Part shown: positions 13,700-25,685 of the stretch, in pieces
How the letters are laid out: the number at the start of each line of letters is the position of its first letter
Numbering within the stretch: the stretch's first letter is position 1
Position numbers and translations under genes: made by a program
Notes under the pieces: generated by a model
What the model was told of the DNA's origin: nothing
What the model saw: only the letters and a program-made list of their open reading frames with translations
Databases searched by the model: none
Assembly (NCBI GenBank): GCA_951406725.2
Contig: OX597823.1
Coordinates: 68,572,001-68,636,000 of the forward strand
Length of the DNA stretch: 64,000 bases
From: Octopus vulgaris
Lineage: Eukaryota
Direction: 5' to 3'

Positions 13700-14090
13700 A
13701 ATACAGTACTTGACAAAGACATAGGTGAGGGATGCAGTTGTACACATAGAATGCAAGCATGTGCTATCACAACCTCAGTTGTGTGCACAGACATTATACT
13801 GTTTTGATCCTGTTCATCACCAATCATGTTGGACCTTTGTTATCTCCTTGATGAGGCTCCACATCCTAAAATCAATCTTCACCACATCATCCCATAACTT
13901 CCTCTTCCAAAGTATCTGCCAACAGTAAGCGATTAGCACCTTTTTATACAACTAATATTATCTATGTGCATCACATGGCCAAACCAATGCAGTCTTCTCT
14001 TTTGCATACTATATATGATCCCCTCTATGCCAATTTTTTTCTTAACACATTTGTACTTTGTCATTCACAAACATTAACAGTACATATTTT
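13700..14090 (-). mobile_element. Degenerate RTE LINE C-terminal fragment
   Basis: Minus-strand translation QKRRLHWFGHVMHIDNISCIKRC, compared with QERRLRWYGHVLRMDEERCVKKC in the 60030-61988 ORF. Confidence 0.7.
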
Positions 14091-14844
14091 TTTTTTGTTC
14101 CTGTTCCCTCCACTCAGACAGTTGGCTCTCTCTTCCAAGTCTATTGTTACTCTATAGTCATATTTGCCATTATTTTTTACCTTTGTCCACCACAACAATG
14201 TTTTATCCATCTCTCAGCCTCCCTCTACATTCACTTTTGTAACCTTTAATCACACATCTCATCTTCTTTTCAATCAATACTTCCAGCAATCTCTTATCTA
14301 CTGCATTATTCTGCTACTGCTAGAAAAGAAATTAGAATGTTACCACAAACCATTTCAAATCACCATTTCTTTCCTGCCAGTCATAACTCCCTCTCCTCTG
14401 AGTTACATCTGTACATTATTCTTATCTTTACACTTACATTTACGATCGATTACCCCATCCCAGCTCGCTATTCCCAAAATTCACAAATACCTTATGTTCA
14501 TATCTGCCTATCTGCTCTCTCACTGTCCTCTTACACTCTTACAAGCCTTACCTACCCCTGCGGATTTTCATGTCTCCATTCTTTTTTCTGTTTACCTTCT
14601 TGGACATGTCAACATAAGAAAATGTTTTGACAGCTAAACACTACCATATTTCCTTCACTTTGTGGCACCACTCCAGCAACCTCGCCAACTTACATAAAGT
14701 GCCAAGTAATCATGAATCTTCTATAATAAACCAGCCCCTACTCCTCTCATCATACTTTAGCCTCTCAACCCCTACCATAAAGCTTATCTCCTTTTTCTCC
14801 ATTGCATCCAAAGGGGTTCTCTAGCCTTGTGATTTACAACATAA

Positions 14845-15150
14845 GCTCACTAGTACTGATGCAATGAAAAATGCAATTAGTACACGCTGTAAAGTGATAG
14901 GTGTTAGGAATGTCATCCAGTAGTAAAAACCATGCCAAAACAGAAACTAGAGCAACGCATGGTCCTCCAATGTGTTGGATCAGGGCTAATCATCCAACCC
15001 CTGCTATCATAGAAAGCAGACATTTGCATATGTACATATATATACAAGACAGATTTCTTTCAGTTTCTATCTACCAAATCCACATAGGAGGACTGAAGAC
15101 AAAACCATGTGGTTATGGTTGGGAAACGAACTTCTTAACCATACAGCTTC
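14845..15150. mobile_element. Degenerate RTE tail (+) abutting a family A SINE 5' fragment (-)
   Basis: ggtgttaggaatgtcatccagtagtaaaaacc, then tttctttcagtttctatctaccaaatccac...aaaccatgtggtt. Confidence 0.55.
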
Positions 15151-17049
15151 CCCTCTCATCAATACCAATGCTTATTGAAATAAAGGCCATCAACTAGGGA
15201 CAAATATATTTTGGCAACAGTGTCATCACAGGTGTCGCTGTCAGAGCATCAGGAGCCAGAAAAAATACTGCAAGGCATCTTACTTGATCCTTTAATAGTT
15301 CTGATATCCACTACAATGGATTGGTGTCAACTACGAAAAAATGAAAGGCAAAGTTGACTTTGGTTTGATTTGAACTCAGAATGCAGAGAGTTGTAACAAA
15401 TTCTATGAGCCATTCTATCCAGCTATAAGTTTTGCTAGTTAACAACATATATACAACAAGCGCATTATATGTTCAAAGATACATTTACCATTATTTTCTA
15501 TGAATAACCATGGCAGACCTACAACATTGCAGTGAATATACTCTGAGCCTAAGAAATATTTTGTTGTTTAGCAGCAATATATATTCTATTAGTTCTTATT
15601 ATGCATGATAAACATACATCTGTTAGTGAGAATAGTCAGAAATGACAACTATAGTAAGAATCCCTTTCTTTCATTATGATCCCATTGCATGTATCAAAAT
15701 AGTTGCAATTGCATTGCAATCTGTCCATCACTGAAACTGTTCTTACATAAATGTACATAAAATTGAAGTGCATATGAAACATATGTACTTAATATTGCTC
15801 TCAATAATCAATAACCCTTGTCATATTTTATTTCAAATATTACTGGAACGGATTTGCTGTCTATACATAAATGAATGTGTCCGGCCAAGTTATTTAAATG
15901 ATGACATGATGTTATTCTGCATCTCTTTGATGTGTTTTCATAAGTTTTCTATTTATTTAGTTTTCTAGAAATGCACAATAGATCCTACTCAGCAGATTTA
16001 TTCTTTTTTAACTGAACCAAAATGCAATATATAACAATATATCACGTTTGTTATCTTTCCATTTTAGTTTCATCAATGTAGAAAGGGATATATTTTTGCT
16101 ACCTAATTACAAGTAAATGGATATTGAATAGCTTCAAATTGTTTTATACAATGTTTCTAGCATATCAGAGACACTAGGCATAACTTTGTTAATAAGGCTC
16201 TCTAAATGCGTTAAAAAAAGGACCACATATTTTACTATTTGCTGACATTTTATTTACAATCAACCAAATATTTTTTATGAGGCAAAATTAAAGACAAACT
16301 ATTTTATCATAATGAGTAAGAATGAAATATGCTTGTCATAAATCACAAGGATGATATTTCTTGGGCAAGAAGTAAGGATGATGGATTGAAAGACTGAAGC
16401 AATTAATATGAAATTTTGTTGGCGAATGCTTAGTGAAAATAAAATGGAAAGAAGTTTCTAATATAATGCAATTCACAAAATTTTTAAAATCTGTATAAAA
16501 TGTTTTACACAGATATAGAAGAGAGATGTAATATGAGCAAAAAACAGAGAGTTATCTGTATCTGGTTTTAGTAGAAACGTGCAATAAACAGCAAAATTGT
16601 ATTAGCATAATCCTTATGAATTCATTAAAAGAAGGCAGGACAGAGATGTTATAGCTGATAGGTCAAGTAACCACATACAAGCTCTTCACTGGCATGAATA
16701 GCAGACTTACTGAACTTGGTAGCTGATTGCAAGAACTATCATATTAAAAATAGTCGTCTTTTTTTGTGATTTATTGGTGGTTTTCAAAGCGATGTTAGTC
16801 TTTCTTGCAAAGATACTAAATATCAAGCATTCTAAAAGACAAATGTATAGAAGAATTCTTACTTGAGTAGAAATCATTTTGGCAAAAATTCAGAATACAT
16901 GGTTGATGAAACAACAAAGAAGCCTTTTGTGTTGTGGAAAACAAAAATTTATCTTCCTATGAGACTCATGGAAATCATGTCAGAATTGCATCCAGGATTT
17001 TTGTTACTAGAGTTCTGGATGAGTTCTTTGACTGGTTCAAGCCTAAAGA

Positions 17050-17730
17050 TTGTGACCATGTTGGGGGCACATCCTTCAAGTATCTCATTTTATAGAACTA
17101 CAATATAATATTGTCCATTAATTTAAATACCTCAGCTCTACCATCATAGATAATCTCTCCTTGGATACAGTGTATGGAAGGAATCTCCAGCTCTTGCCCA
17201 TCTCAAATCTCAACTGTAGACAAAAACTCAAGCAGACAGTTGTGACAAAGAAAGCAGTTTATTGTGTCTATGTCGTAAGCACACTATTTAATGGCAATGA
17301 AACATCGATTATGTGTGCCAAATAGAGAAGATTGAACACCTTCCTGCTGAGAAGTATCTATTCAATCATGAATATATCCTAATATGATAGATTGCTCAAT
17401 ACAGTAGTCTTATTTTACCATGGACTTGTAAGTATGTTCACTCTGTTTAGGCAGTGAAGGCTGCACTGCTTGTGTTATACCCTCCACATGACAGATAGCA
17501 ACATCTCAAAGAGTATCACCAACAGCTAACTGGCATCTAAGAAGAAACACATTAAGCATTCACAAATCTACTAGAAGAGTATCTGCATGAGAGACATAGA
17601 AAGTGCTCAATAGCCCAATACCAATACAGAACCCTGCAAATGCTGAAGTGTGATGGAGAGGTATTCTGAACAGGTACCTTAAAGCTAGAGAAGAGAAGCT
17701 GATGGAAATTCCAGCAAAGTTGGCATGCAA
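17050..17730 (+). mobile_element. Degenerate RTE/BovB-like LINE fragment
   Basis: Remnants FKYLSSTIIDNLSLD, TKKAVYCVYVVSTLFNGNETS and RRLNTFLLRSIYSIMNI. Confidence 0.65.
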
Positions 17731-19234
17731 AGTAGAATGTATCTCAGCCAGCAGGCCAGTGGTCCCACATGTAACCTCTGAAAAACTATCACTTCCATAT
17801 TCATTTTCTCAATGACATGTAGTGCTAATCCAATCAAACAAAAACATAGAATAAGAATTCAACTTATGGTCAGTCATGACAGAAGGGTGGATACACATGT
17901 TCATTTGTTTTTACCTTGCTACCATACAGCAGACAGGGATGTATCTAAGGCAATATTTTACAGTCAGCTGCTTTTCCTGTTGCTAACCTTTGCATGTTTT
18001 TCAAGTAAGAGATTTTTTATTCTACAGCTTTTTGAAACCACGCACACACATATGCATGCACATGTGTGCATGCATGTGTGTGACTGTATTCCGTATAGTT
18101 ACCTTTTTCCAATTTAACTCACAAGGACATGGAAGAAGGCATCTGTCCAAAGTTCCATGCAGTAGGATTGAACACAAAATCACATGATTTGGGGTTTGTA
18201 ATTTAATCAATAATAGTTTTGTGTTTTGGGTGTGATTTTTTTCTTCTTTTTGTTAGAGGATTTAAATTGCAAAATATGGTGGTTTGTTTTTAATGAGCTT
18301 CTTATTTTACCGGTAGTGTATAAAATATTTGTGATGATATTTTTTCTTTATTATTGTCACGAAATTCATAACTACACAGTCTATTGGAAATGTAACTGAA
18401 TGAAAGAATGTCTCCATTATTTTCTTGGTTTCAATATCATTCAGTATAAAACACATTTTTTGCCAGAGGTAATCTTTGTACAATCTTTGGCAGATGTCTG
18501 AACCAAATTTAGGTTGTAGATGAAGTTTTGCATATTTAGTTATAGATTGCTTGATGCTAACAAGGCAGTTCTCAGATCAACAGCTGAAAGTTAAGTAGAG
18601 ATTAAGAAACAAAATTCCAGAGTTGAGATATGGAAAAGCAGTAGTGCCAAAATAGACAGAAAACAAACTAATAGTTTCATGTTGTGGAGACACAATAATT
18701 TGGCAGGTTTATATAACATGCCACATGTATCCAAGCAATGCTTCATGCTCAGTGCATGCCATTAGTCTTGTTTCATAAAACCAGGACACTGGTCTATGAT
18801 AAAACATGAGAAAAACAAGAAGAAAAATGAGAAAAATGCTGATGCAAAAAGTGGAATGAGGAGAAAGAAAAGAAAAGTAAGAAAACAAAAATCTGCATCC
18901 CCTTTGTCTGAAAAAAATCATAATGAATCCAGCTGGTGTTATAGTCCAACCTTTCTGCTGCAACTTTCATGAGCTTCTCTTTCCATGTGTTTACATAGCA
19001 TCCTGGTTTTCAAATAGGACAACTGGTATGCACTGAGCTTGAAGTACTGCTTGGAGACACATGGCATGTCATGTAAATCTGTCAAATTATTCTCTCTGTG
19101 GTATGAAACTATTAGTGGCCCTTTTTAAAATTCTGTGTATATTAAATAATACTTATCTCTGGCTGGATGAAGCACTGGAGTACTTTTTGCTGATTCTATC
19201 TATAACAGAGCACACTAACACACATACACACATG

Positions 19235-19405
19235 GACACACTGTTTTAAGGCATGGGCACCCTGAGCAGTTTCCCAAGAGCTCTCATGAGTTTAGGGGTG
19301 CATTTCTGACTTATGTGTTCTGTAGCATGTTATCAATAAATATATACTATAGTGTCCAGTGCACTGATTTGCCCAGGTGCCTATAATGCTGTTAAGACAG
19401 CTGTG
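19235..19405. mobile_element. hAT-like MITE (degenerate copy of 54197-54364)
   Basis: Shares ttaaggcatgggcac...gcctataatgctgttaagacagc with the 54197-54364 element. Confidence 0.55.
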
Positions 19406-19407
19406 TG

Positions 19408-19438
<31 letters not shown>

Positions 19439-19754
19439 GAGAGAGAGAGAGAAGAGAAGATTAGCAAGTAGAAGTCATTACAAACTGCAAAAGTTTCAGG
19501 AAATCTAGTGTGAAAGAAACAAGAGGGGCAGAAGTGAGAGAGTGAAAGTTTTTTTTTTTATTTTTCAAGATGTTTTTGATGCAAGTACAGGATTGCAATA
19601 ATCTTGGTTAGAATGAATATTAAAAGAAACAATAGATGAACTGGAATGTTTCTGAGGAGTCAGGATTAGATCAATATATTGAGGTTGCCATGAATATAGA
19701 GTTTCAAGAAGATCATAGATTCTCTTTCAGAATTAGAGAATATATGAACAAAAT

Positions 19755-19806
19755 AATGATAATAATAATAATAATAGTAACAACAACAACAACAACAACA
19801 ACAACA
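19755..19806. repeat. (AAT)n(AAC)n compound microsatellite
   Basis: Direct reading. Confidence 0.9.
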
Positions 19807-19809
19807 TAA

Positions 19810-20150
19810 TAGTTTCAATATCAACAGATCACAACATTTCTCTAAAACAGAGAAACTTTCAAAATACAAAGATCTGGAAATAGAGGTAACTCGAATGTGG
19901 AGCTTAAAAGCAGAAACAGTTCCTATCATAGTAGGCATATTAGGTCTAATAAAAAACATAACTAAAACACAAGGGCTTACAAGTGTGTATAACATATAGA
20001 AAATAGCAGTAAGTACTACACACATCCTATGTAAAGCACTTTCAATACAGTGAAAATAAGAACATCACAACAAACCACAGCACATAACAATGGCACATGG
20101 AGCTGTGCTTGGTAGTGCAGTGAAAGTTCGTAATAAAAATAAGACTACTT
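19810..20150 (+). mobile_element. R4/Dong-like RLE LINE, 3' fragment a
   Basis: EKLSKYKDLEIEVTRMWSLKAETVPIIVGILG, a typical restriction-like endonuclease C-terminus, followed by (AAT)n. Confidence 0.8.
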
Positions 20151-21645
20151 AAGAATAATAATAATAGCAATAATAATAATAATAATATTGTTGAGTGAAT
20201 GAGAGAAAGTGAAGTAGAACTGACAAATGAATTGCTAGGTAGCATGAAAATATGCATGGGCATTTTCCAAGGAGACTTACTTTGCCCATTAATTTTCGTC
20301 ATTGCACTAATCCCTCTGACAAATGTACTGAGAAAATCCAGGCCTGCCCATGAGTTTACCAAAACCAAGATAAGAATAAATCACTTACTTTACAAGGATG
20401 ACTTCAAGATATATATTAAAAAAATGGTGACAGATCTGGATTATCTAATTCAAACTGTGAATATTCAGTAAAAACATTGGATTGCAATTTGGGGTAAAAT
20501 GCACAAAAAATGCGCAATACTACAATGAAGAGCGACCAGAAGGTAAAATCTGATGACATAAAATTACCACAAGACAGCATCATTCGATTGTTATGTGATA
20601 ATGAGGGATCTAAATACCTTGGGGTACAATAAGATAATGGAAAGAGAAATGAGAAAGTTACTAAAGAAGTCAAAAGAGGAATTAAGAAGCTACTTCAAAC
20701 AAAAATAAGAGGAGGGAAAATCATTAAATCCATAAATATATGGGAAATTCCAGCATTGAGATACTTTGCTCCCTTTCTGAAATGGAGAAAAATCAAGCTG
20801 CAGAACTTAGAAGAACCAGAAAGCTGTTGACGATGCATAACACATTTCATCCTAAAAGAATCAGTTGGTATAACTGATTCTATCTGCCAAGATGGGAAGG
20901 TGATACAGGATTACTAAACACTGATGACACTGCTAGTACTGCAATACTGGGTCTGAAAAATTATGCTGTGCAGAGTAAAGAAAGAATACTTTCAGCAGCC
21001 AGAGATACCCAAAATGTCATTGAAACAGTAGAATTCAAACAGAAAAGAAAGAACAGAATGAACAAATGGAAAGAAATGGAACTGCAAGGCCAATTCATGC
21101 AACAAACCAAAAATGTTGGAAGTGAAGCCTAATGGCTTTGGTTGACAGACAGGAATTTGAATTGAAAAACAAACATTAATTATAGCTGTTCAGGAACAAG
21201 CCCTTAGAACAAATCTGTTCAAGGCAAAGATTGACAAAACTCAGTCAGACATTAAATAAAGAATCTGCGAGAAAGGAGATGAGAGTATCAATCACATTTT
21301 GAGTGAATGCAGCATACTAGCACAAAAGGTGTACTGATGCAGACATAACTAAGTAAACAAAGGAGTGCATTGAGATGTTAGTCAAGTATGTGGCTTCAAA
21401 ACAACAGAAAAGTGATATGAACACAAACTTGAGGCTGTGATAGAAAATGAGAATTACAAGATCTTGTGGGACTTCACCATAAAAACTGATCGTAGGTGCA
21501 GGAGTGGCTGTGTAGTAAGTAGTTTGCTTACCAAGCACATGGTTCCAAGTTCGGTCCCACTGCATGGCACCTTGGGCAAGTGTCTTTTACTATAGCCTCT
21601 GGCCGACGAAAGCCTTGTGAGTGAATTTGGTAGAAAGAAGCATGT

Positions 21646-21685
<40 letters not shown>

Positions 21686-21768
21686 GGTCCCGGGTTGATT
21701 CGGGGTTAACCACAGTAAATAAGGTACTCAATACATAGCAGAGTAAAATTAATTTATTATATAGAAGG

Positions 21769-21819
21769 AGCTTCTACAGGACTAGAACTGTTTCATTCAA
21801 GAGAAATCTTCAGGAAGCT
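21769..21819 (-). ncRNA. Hammerhead ribozyme motif (type I), left copy
   Basis: Exact reverse complement of 22569-22619. Confidence 0.65.
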
Positions 21820-22138
21820 AGTTAACAAGAATTGTATTGGCATTTATACATTTAGGCAGGTTTAAAGGGGTGTTGGTGGGGGACTTTTTGGGGGTAGGCA
21901 TAGCACAAAATATCATACTTGGGGGAGTGGTCAAGGAGTCAGTGTTAAATTAGATAGAAGAATAAATAAAAAATAAAAAATAAAAAAATAAAAAAATAAA
22001 ATATATATATATAAAAAAAAAAGGGGGAATAGAGTTTTAGGTAAATAAGGAGATTCTCACTTATACCTATGCACATATGTATACATATATACACACGCAT
22101 ACAAACATATATACATATACATACACACACATATATAT

Positions 22139-22172
<34 letters not shown>

Positions 22173-22228
22173 ACACTATACACATACATATACATACACA
22201 TGTAGATATGTATATGTATGTGTAAGTG

Positions 22229-22259
<31 letters not shown>

Positions 22260-22568
22260 GTGTGTGTATGTATGTGTGTATGTATATGTATATATGTTTG
22301 TATGCGTGTGTATATATGTATACATATGTGCATAGGTATAAGTGAGAATCTCCTTATTTATAAAACTCTATTCCCCTTTTTTATATATATATATTTTTAA
22401 TTTTTTTATTTTTTTATTTTTTATTTATTCTTCTATCTAATTTAACACTGACTCCTTGACCACTCCCCAAGTATGATATTTTGCGCTATGCCTACCCCAA
22501 AAAGTCCCCCACCAACACCCCTTTAAACCTGCCTAAATGTATAAATGCCAATACAATTCTTGTTAACT

Positions 22569-22619
22569 AGCTTCCTGAAGATTTCTCTTGAATGAAACAG
22601 TTCTAGTCCTGTAGAAGCT
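22569..22619 (+). ncRNA. Hammerhead ribozyme motif (type I), right copy
   Basis: agcttc-CTGAAGA-t ttc tctt gaa t-GAAA-cag ttctagtc ctg-TA-gaagct. Stem I agcttc/gaagct, stem II ttc/gaa, stem III Acag/ctgT, GUA cleavage triplet. The 10.1-11.1 pair is a non-canonical U-U. Confidence 0.65.
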
Positions 22620-23239
22620 CCTTCTATATAATAAAATATATATATATATATATATATATATTTGTGTGTCTGTGTTTGTCCCCACACCATCGCTTGACAA
22701 CCGATGTTGGTGTATTTACATCCCCAAAACTTAGCAGTTCAACAAAACAGACCAATAGAATGAGTACTAATCTTACAAAGAATAAGTCCTGGGGTCAATT
22801 TGTTTGACGAAAGGCGATGCTCCAACATGGCCATAGTCAAATGACTGAAATAAATAAAAGAAAAGAATACTAGAGGCAAGAAGACCAGGCATGATTATAG
22901 AGGACAATATAAACAAATGTGCAAGACCAAAAATTTTACAATACCCTATTATAGCAGGGTCAATATCAAAGAAATACCAAAACAAGCCAGAGAGCTGAAG
23001 AGATTGGAAGACCAAGACAACAATTAACAATAATTATTCTTGTAGTAATAAATGTCCTTGGTTTAGTACCCACAATGCTACCTAAGAGACTTAATAAAAC
23101 TGGAATTGATACATATTGTCAACCTGTACAAAAGTACCATCCTATATTCTGTAAGAATCCTAAGAAAAATTCTTGACCTCAAGATAAAATACCTGCTAAG
23201 TAAATTAGCATGCACTAGTAGTAGTAGTAGTAGTAATCA

Positions 23240-24431
23240 ACTACTGAAATATGTAATCTTGACAGAAAAATATCAAAATTGTCGACAATACATAGAATGC
23301 ACCACCCTAAGGCAGATATAGAACGACTTTACTGCCAAGAAAAGAGGGTGGCTGTGGACTTTTTACAACTGGAATTAATGAAGATTGCCACAATTGGCCT
23401 AAACACCTACCTGAAAATCTCTGATGATTGAATGTTAAAACGTGTCTTAAAGCATGAAAACAAGAAAATATCATACTCAGTAACAAAACAGGCAAAAGAA
23501 TATCTAAGTGAATTCCAAATAGAACAAATCCCAGAATTAGATGTACTGGAAACAAGCACAGAAAAAGCTAAGCATATGAAAAACCATGCTAAAGCTGCTG
23601 CCTTAGATATTCTTACTGATAAATGGCAAGAAAAACCTCTCAATGGCAAATACCAAAAGAGAGTTAATAATACCAATTTTGACAAAGCCCTGACACATCA
23701 ACAGTTAGTGCCTTAAAATCAGAAACAGAAGGGTTTATCATAGCAGCCCAAGATCAATTCCTACCTACAAAGAACTACCAGGCCAATATGTTAAAGAACG
23801 GCAGTAGCCCAACATGTCATGTATGTAAACAACAACATGAAACCATTGATCATGTTGTCTCCATGTGCAGACTCTTTGCAACTACCGAGTATCTCAAGAG
23901 ACATGATAGAGCAGTACAGTATATTCACTGGGTAATTTGCAAAAACCTGGACCTGCCCTATGATAAGAACTGGTGGGAACACAAAACCCCTCCAGTGCTT
24001 GAAAACGATCACATCTCACTCCTCTGAAACTTCACCATTCAAATTGACAGAATGATAAATGCAAATAGGCTAGACATCATATTGAAAGACATCTGACAAA
24101 AATCATGCCACCTCATTGATATGACTGTCCCAATCAACATAAATGTATCTGTCAAGACTTACCAAAAACTGAGCAAGTATAAAAATCTTGAAATAGAAAT
24201 TGGCAAAATGTGGAACCTCAAGACTAAAACAATACCTGTTGTCATAGGAATGATAGCAAAAGGGCCCATTGCAACCTAGCTCGGATACCAGAACAATACT
24301 ATGTACAAAACCAAATATATGACACCCCTAGGTATAACACCAACTTAAACTTCTAACTAGTTGTCTCTTGAGGTCTCTGGGTGAGACTTGGAGTCAACTT
24401 GTACAAATACAAAGCAAATGTCAAACATATA
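23240..24431 (+). mobile_element. R4/Dong-like RLE LINE fragment c
   Basis: HHPKADIERL, zinc knuckle CHVCKQQHETIDHVVSMC, RHDRAVQYIHW and QKLSKYKNLEIEIGKMW. Ends at (TAG)n(AAG)n. Confidence 0.85.
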
Positions 24432-24432
24432 A

Positions 24433-24480
<48 letters not shown>

Positions 24481-24537
24481 AAGAAGAAGAAGAAGAAGAA
24501 GAAGAAGAAGAAGAAGAAGAAGAAGAAGAAGAAGAAA
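24432..24537. repeat. (TAG)n(AAG)n compound microsatellite
   Basis: Direct reading. Confidence 0.95.
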
Positions 24538-25380
24538 CGACCAAGAAAAAAAGCATGGAAAGAAAATAAAATGTAGTCAGGTCAGTTTGCAAGAGATGTG
24601 AATGCCAAGACAGATACAGAGGACCAGTGGTTATAGATGACAGGGAGTGACTTGAAGATAGCACTCATATGCACACTCAGGAACATGCATTAAGGACCAG
24701 CTATATGAAGTGCAGAATAGACAACACTGCCTATAGCGACAAATGCAGAATGTATGGTGGGAGGAGTGAAACGGTATGACACATCATTAGCGAAAGCCCA
24801 AAATTAGCACAGCGCAAATACAAAAGACACCATGACAATGTAGCAAGAATGATCCACTGGGAGTTCTGTGGACATTATCGCCTACAAAGAGCAGACATGG
24901 TACAAGGCAAACTCCAGAAGGAGTCACCAAAAATGAGAATTGCAAAATCCTGTGGGATGCAATGATCCAGTGCACTCACTTAACCAGACATCAGAAACTG
25001 GACATTGTGGTTGTAAATAAAAACGAAAGGACATGTATGATAATCAACATAGCATGATCTGGTGACAACAGGATGAATGTGAAAGAAGAAAAATTAATAA
25101 ACAACTGTGATGATATGAAGTGGGAAATACGAAGGTTGTTGTCAATGAAGAGAGTAGACGTGATACCAATAGTAATTGGTACACTTGGAAGTACCAGCAC
25201 TCAACCACCAATATGGTTGAAAAAGATTGGTGCAAGTGTGAAGGTAGAACACCTACAAAAATCAGCATTATTTGGAACTGAAAGAATGTTTCGCAGCGTT
25301 CTTGAAGTATGACCAGTAAACAAGTGCCACCTTAGTCTGCTGGCTGTGGACAGCTGACACTTTCCATCAAAAGTTTTCAT
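24538..25380 (+). mobile_element. R4/Dong-like RLE LINE fragment d
   Basis: KILWDAMIQ and KWEIRRLLSMKRVDVIPIVIGTLG...HLQKSALFGT. Followed by (AAT)n. Confidence 0.85.
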
Positions 25381-25409
25381 ATAATAATAATAATAATAAT
25401 AATAATATG

Positions 25410-25685
25410 CCCCATGAATAGTCAAGAAGGAAGGTGAAAAGATAGATAATACAACCCTCTTAAGTACAAAATAGCCTGGCTATGGAAAATGAAGAAGGTG
25501 AAGATAGTGTCAATTATTGTTGGGTCCTTGGGAACAGTATCAGAAGGCATCAATGAAAATATAAAGGAAATTGGAATAGTGTGCCCAGTAGAACTGTTAC
25601 AAAAGGTTTGCCTCCTTGGTACAGCCAGAATAATCAGGAAAGTATTAGATAGTTGAAAAGAACAGATAGCATGGTACTAAAGGTA
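25410..25685 (+). mobile_element. R4/Dong-like RLE LINE short 3' fragment e
   Basis: WLWKMKKVKIVSIIVGSLGTVS...ELLQKVCLLGTARIIRKVLD. Confidence 0.75.

Larger units (their letters stand above)
21753..22635. repeat. ~880 bp near-perfect inverted repeat (palindrome), probably Penelope-like pLTR derived
   Basis: 21753-~22195 is the reverse complement of ~22200-22635. Differences are limited to microsatellite/homopolymer length, one visible substitution and one 2-nt indel. An extra ~70 nt (21682-21752) extends only the left arm. Confidence 0.95.
21493..22865 (+). mobile_element. Family A SINE split in its central (AT)n tract by an inserted palindromic element
   Basis: The 5' half (21493-21680) and 3' half (22660-22865) each match 4796-5210 collinearly. 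Confidence 0.9.
20190..23215 (+). mobile_element. R4/Dong-like RLE LINE fragment b (RT to RLE), interrupted at ~21492-22865
   Basis: GIFQGDLLCPLIFVIAL and INHLLYKDDFKIY (RT). WDFTIKTDR before the interruption resumes as ILEARRPGMIIED (PD-(D/E)xK region) after it. Ends at (TAG)n. Confidence 0.85.

Noticed and set aside
21945-22400. Mirror-image ORFs on both strands (MHICIHIY...)
   Set aside because: Artefact of (AT/AC)n microsatellite within the palindrome; not coding.
24353-24664. Poly-S/R/E/V ORFs
   Set aside because: Translations of the (TAG)n(AAG)n microsatellite.
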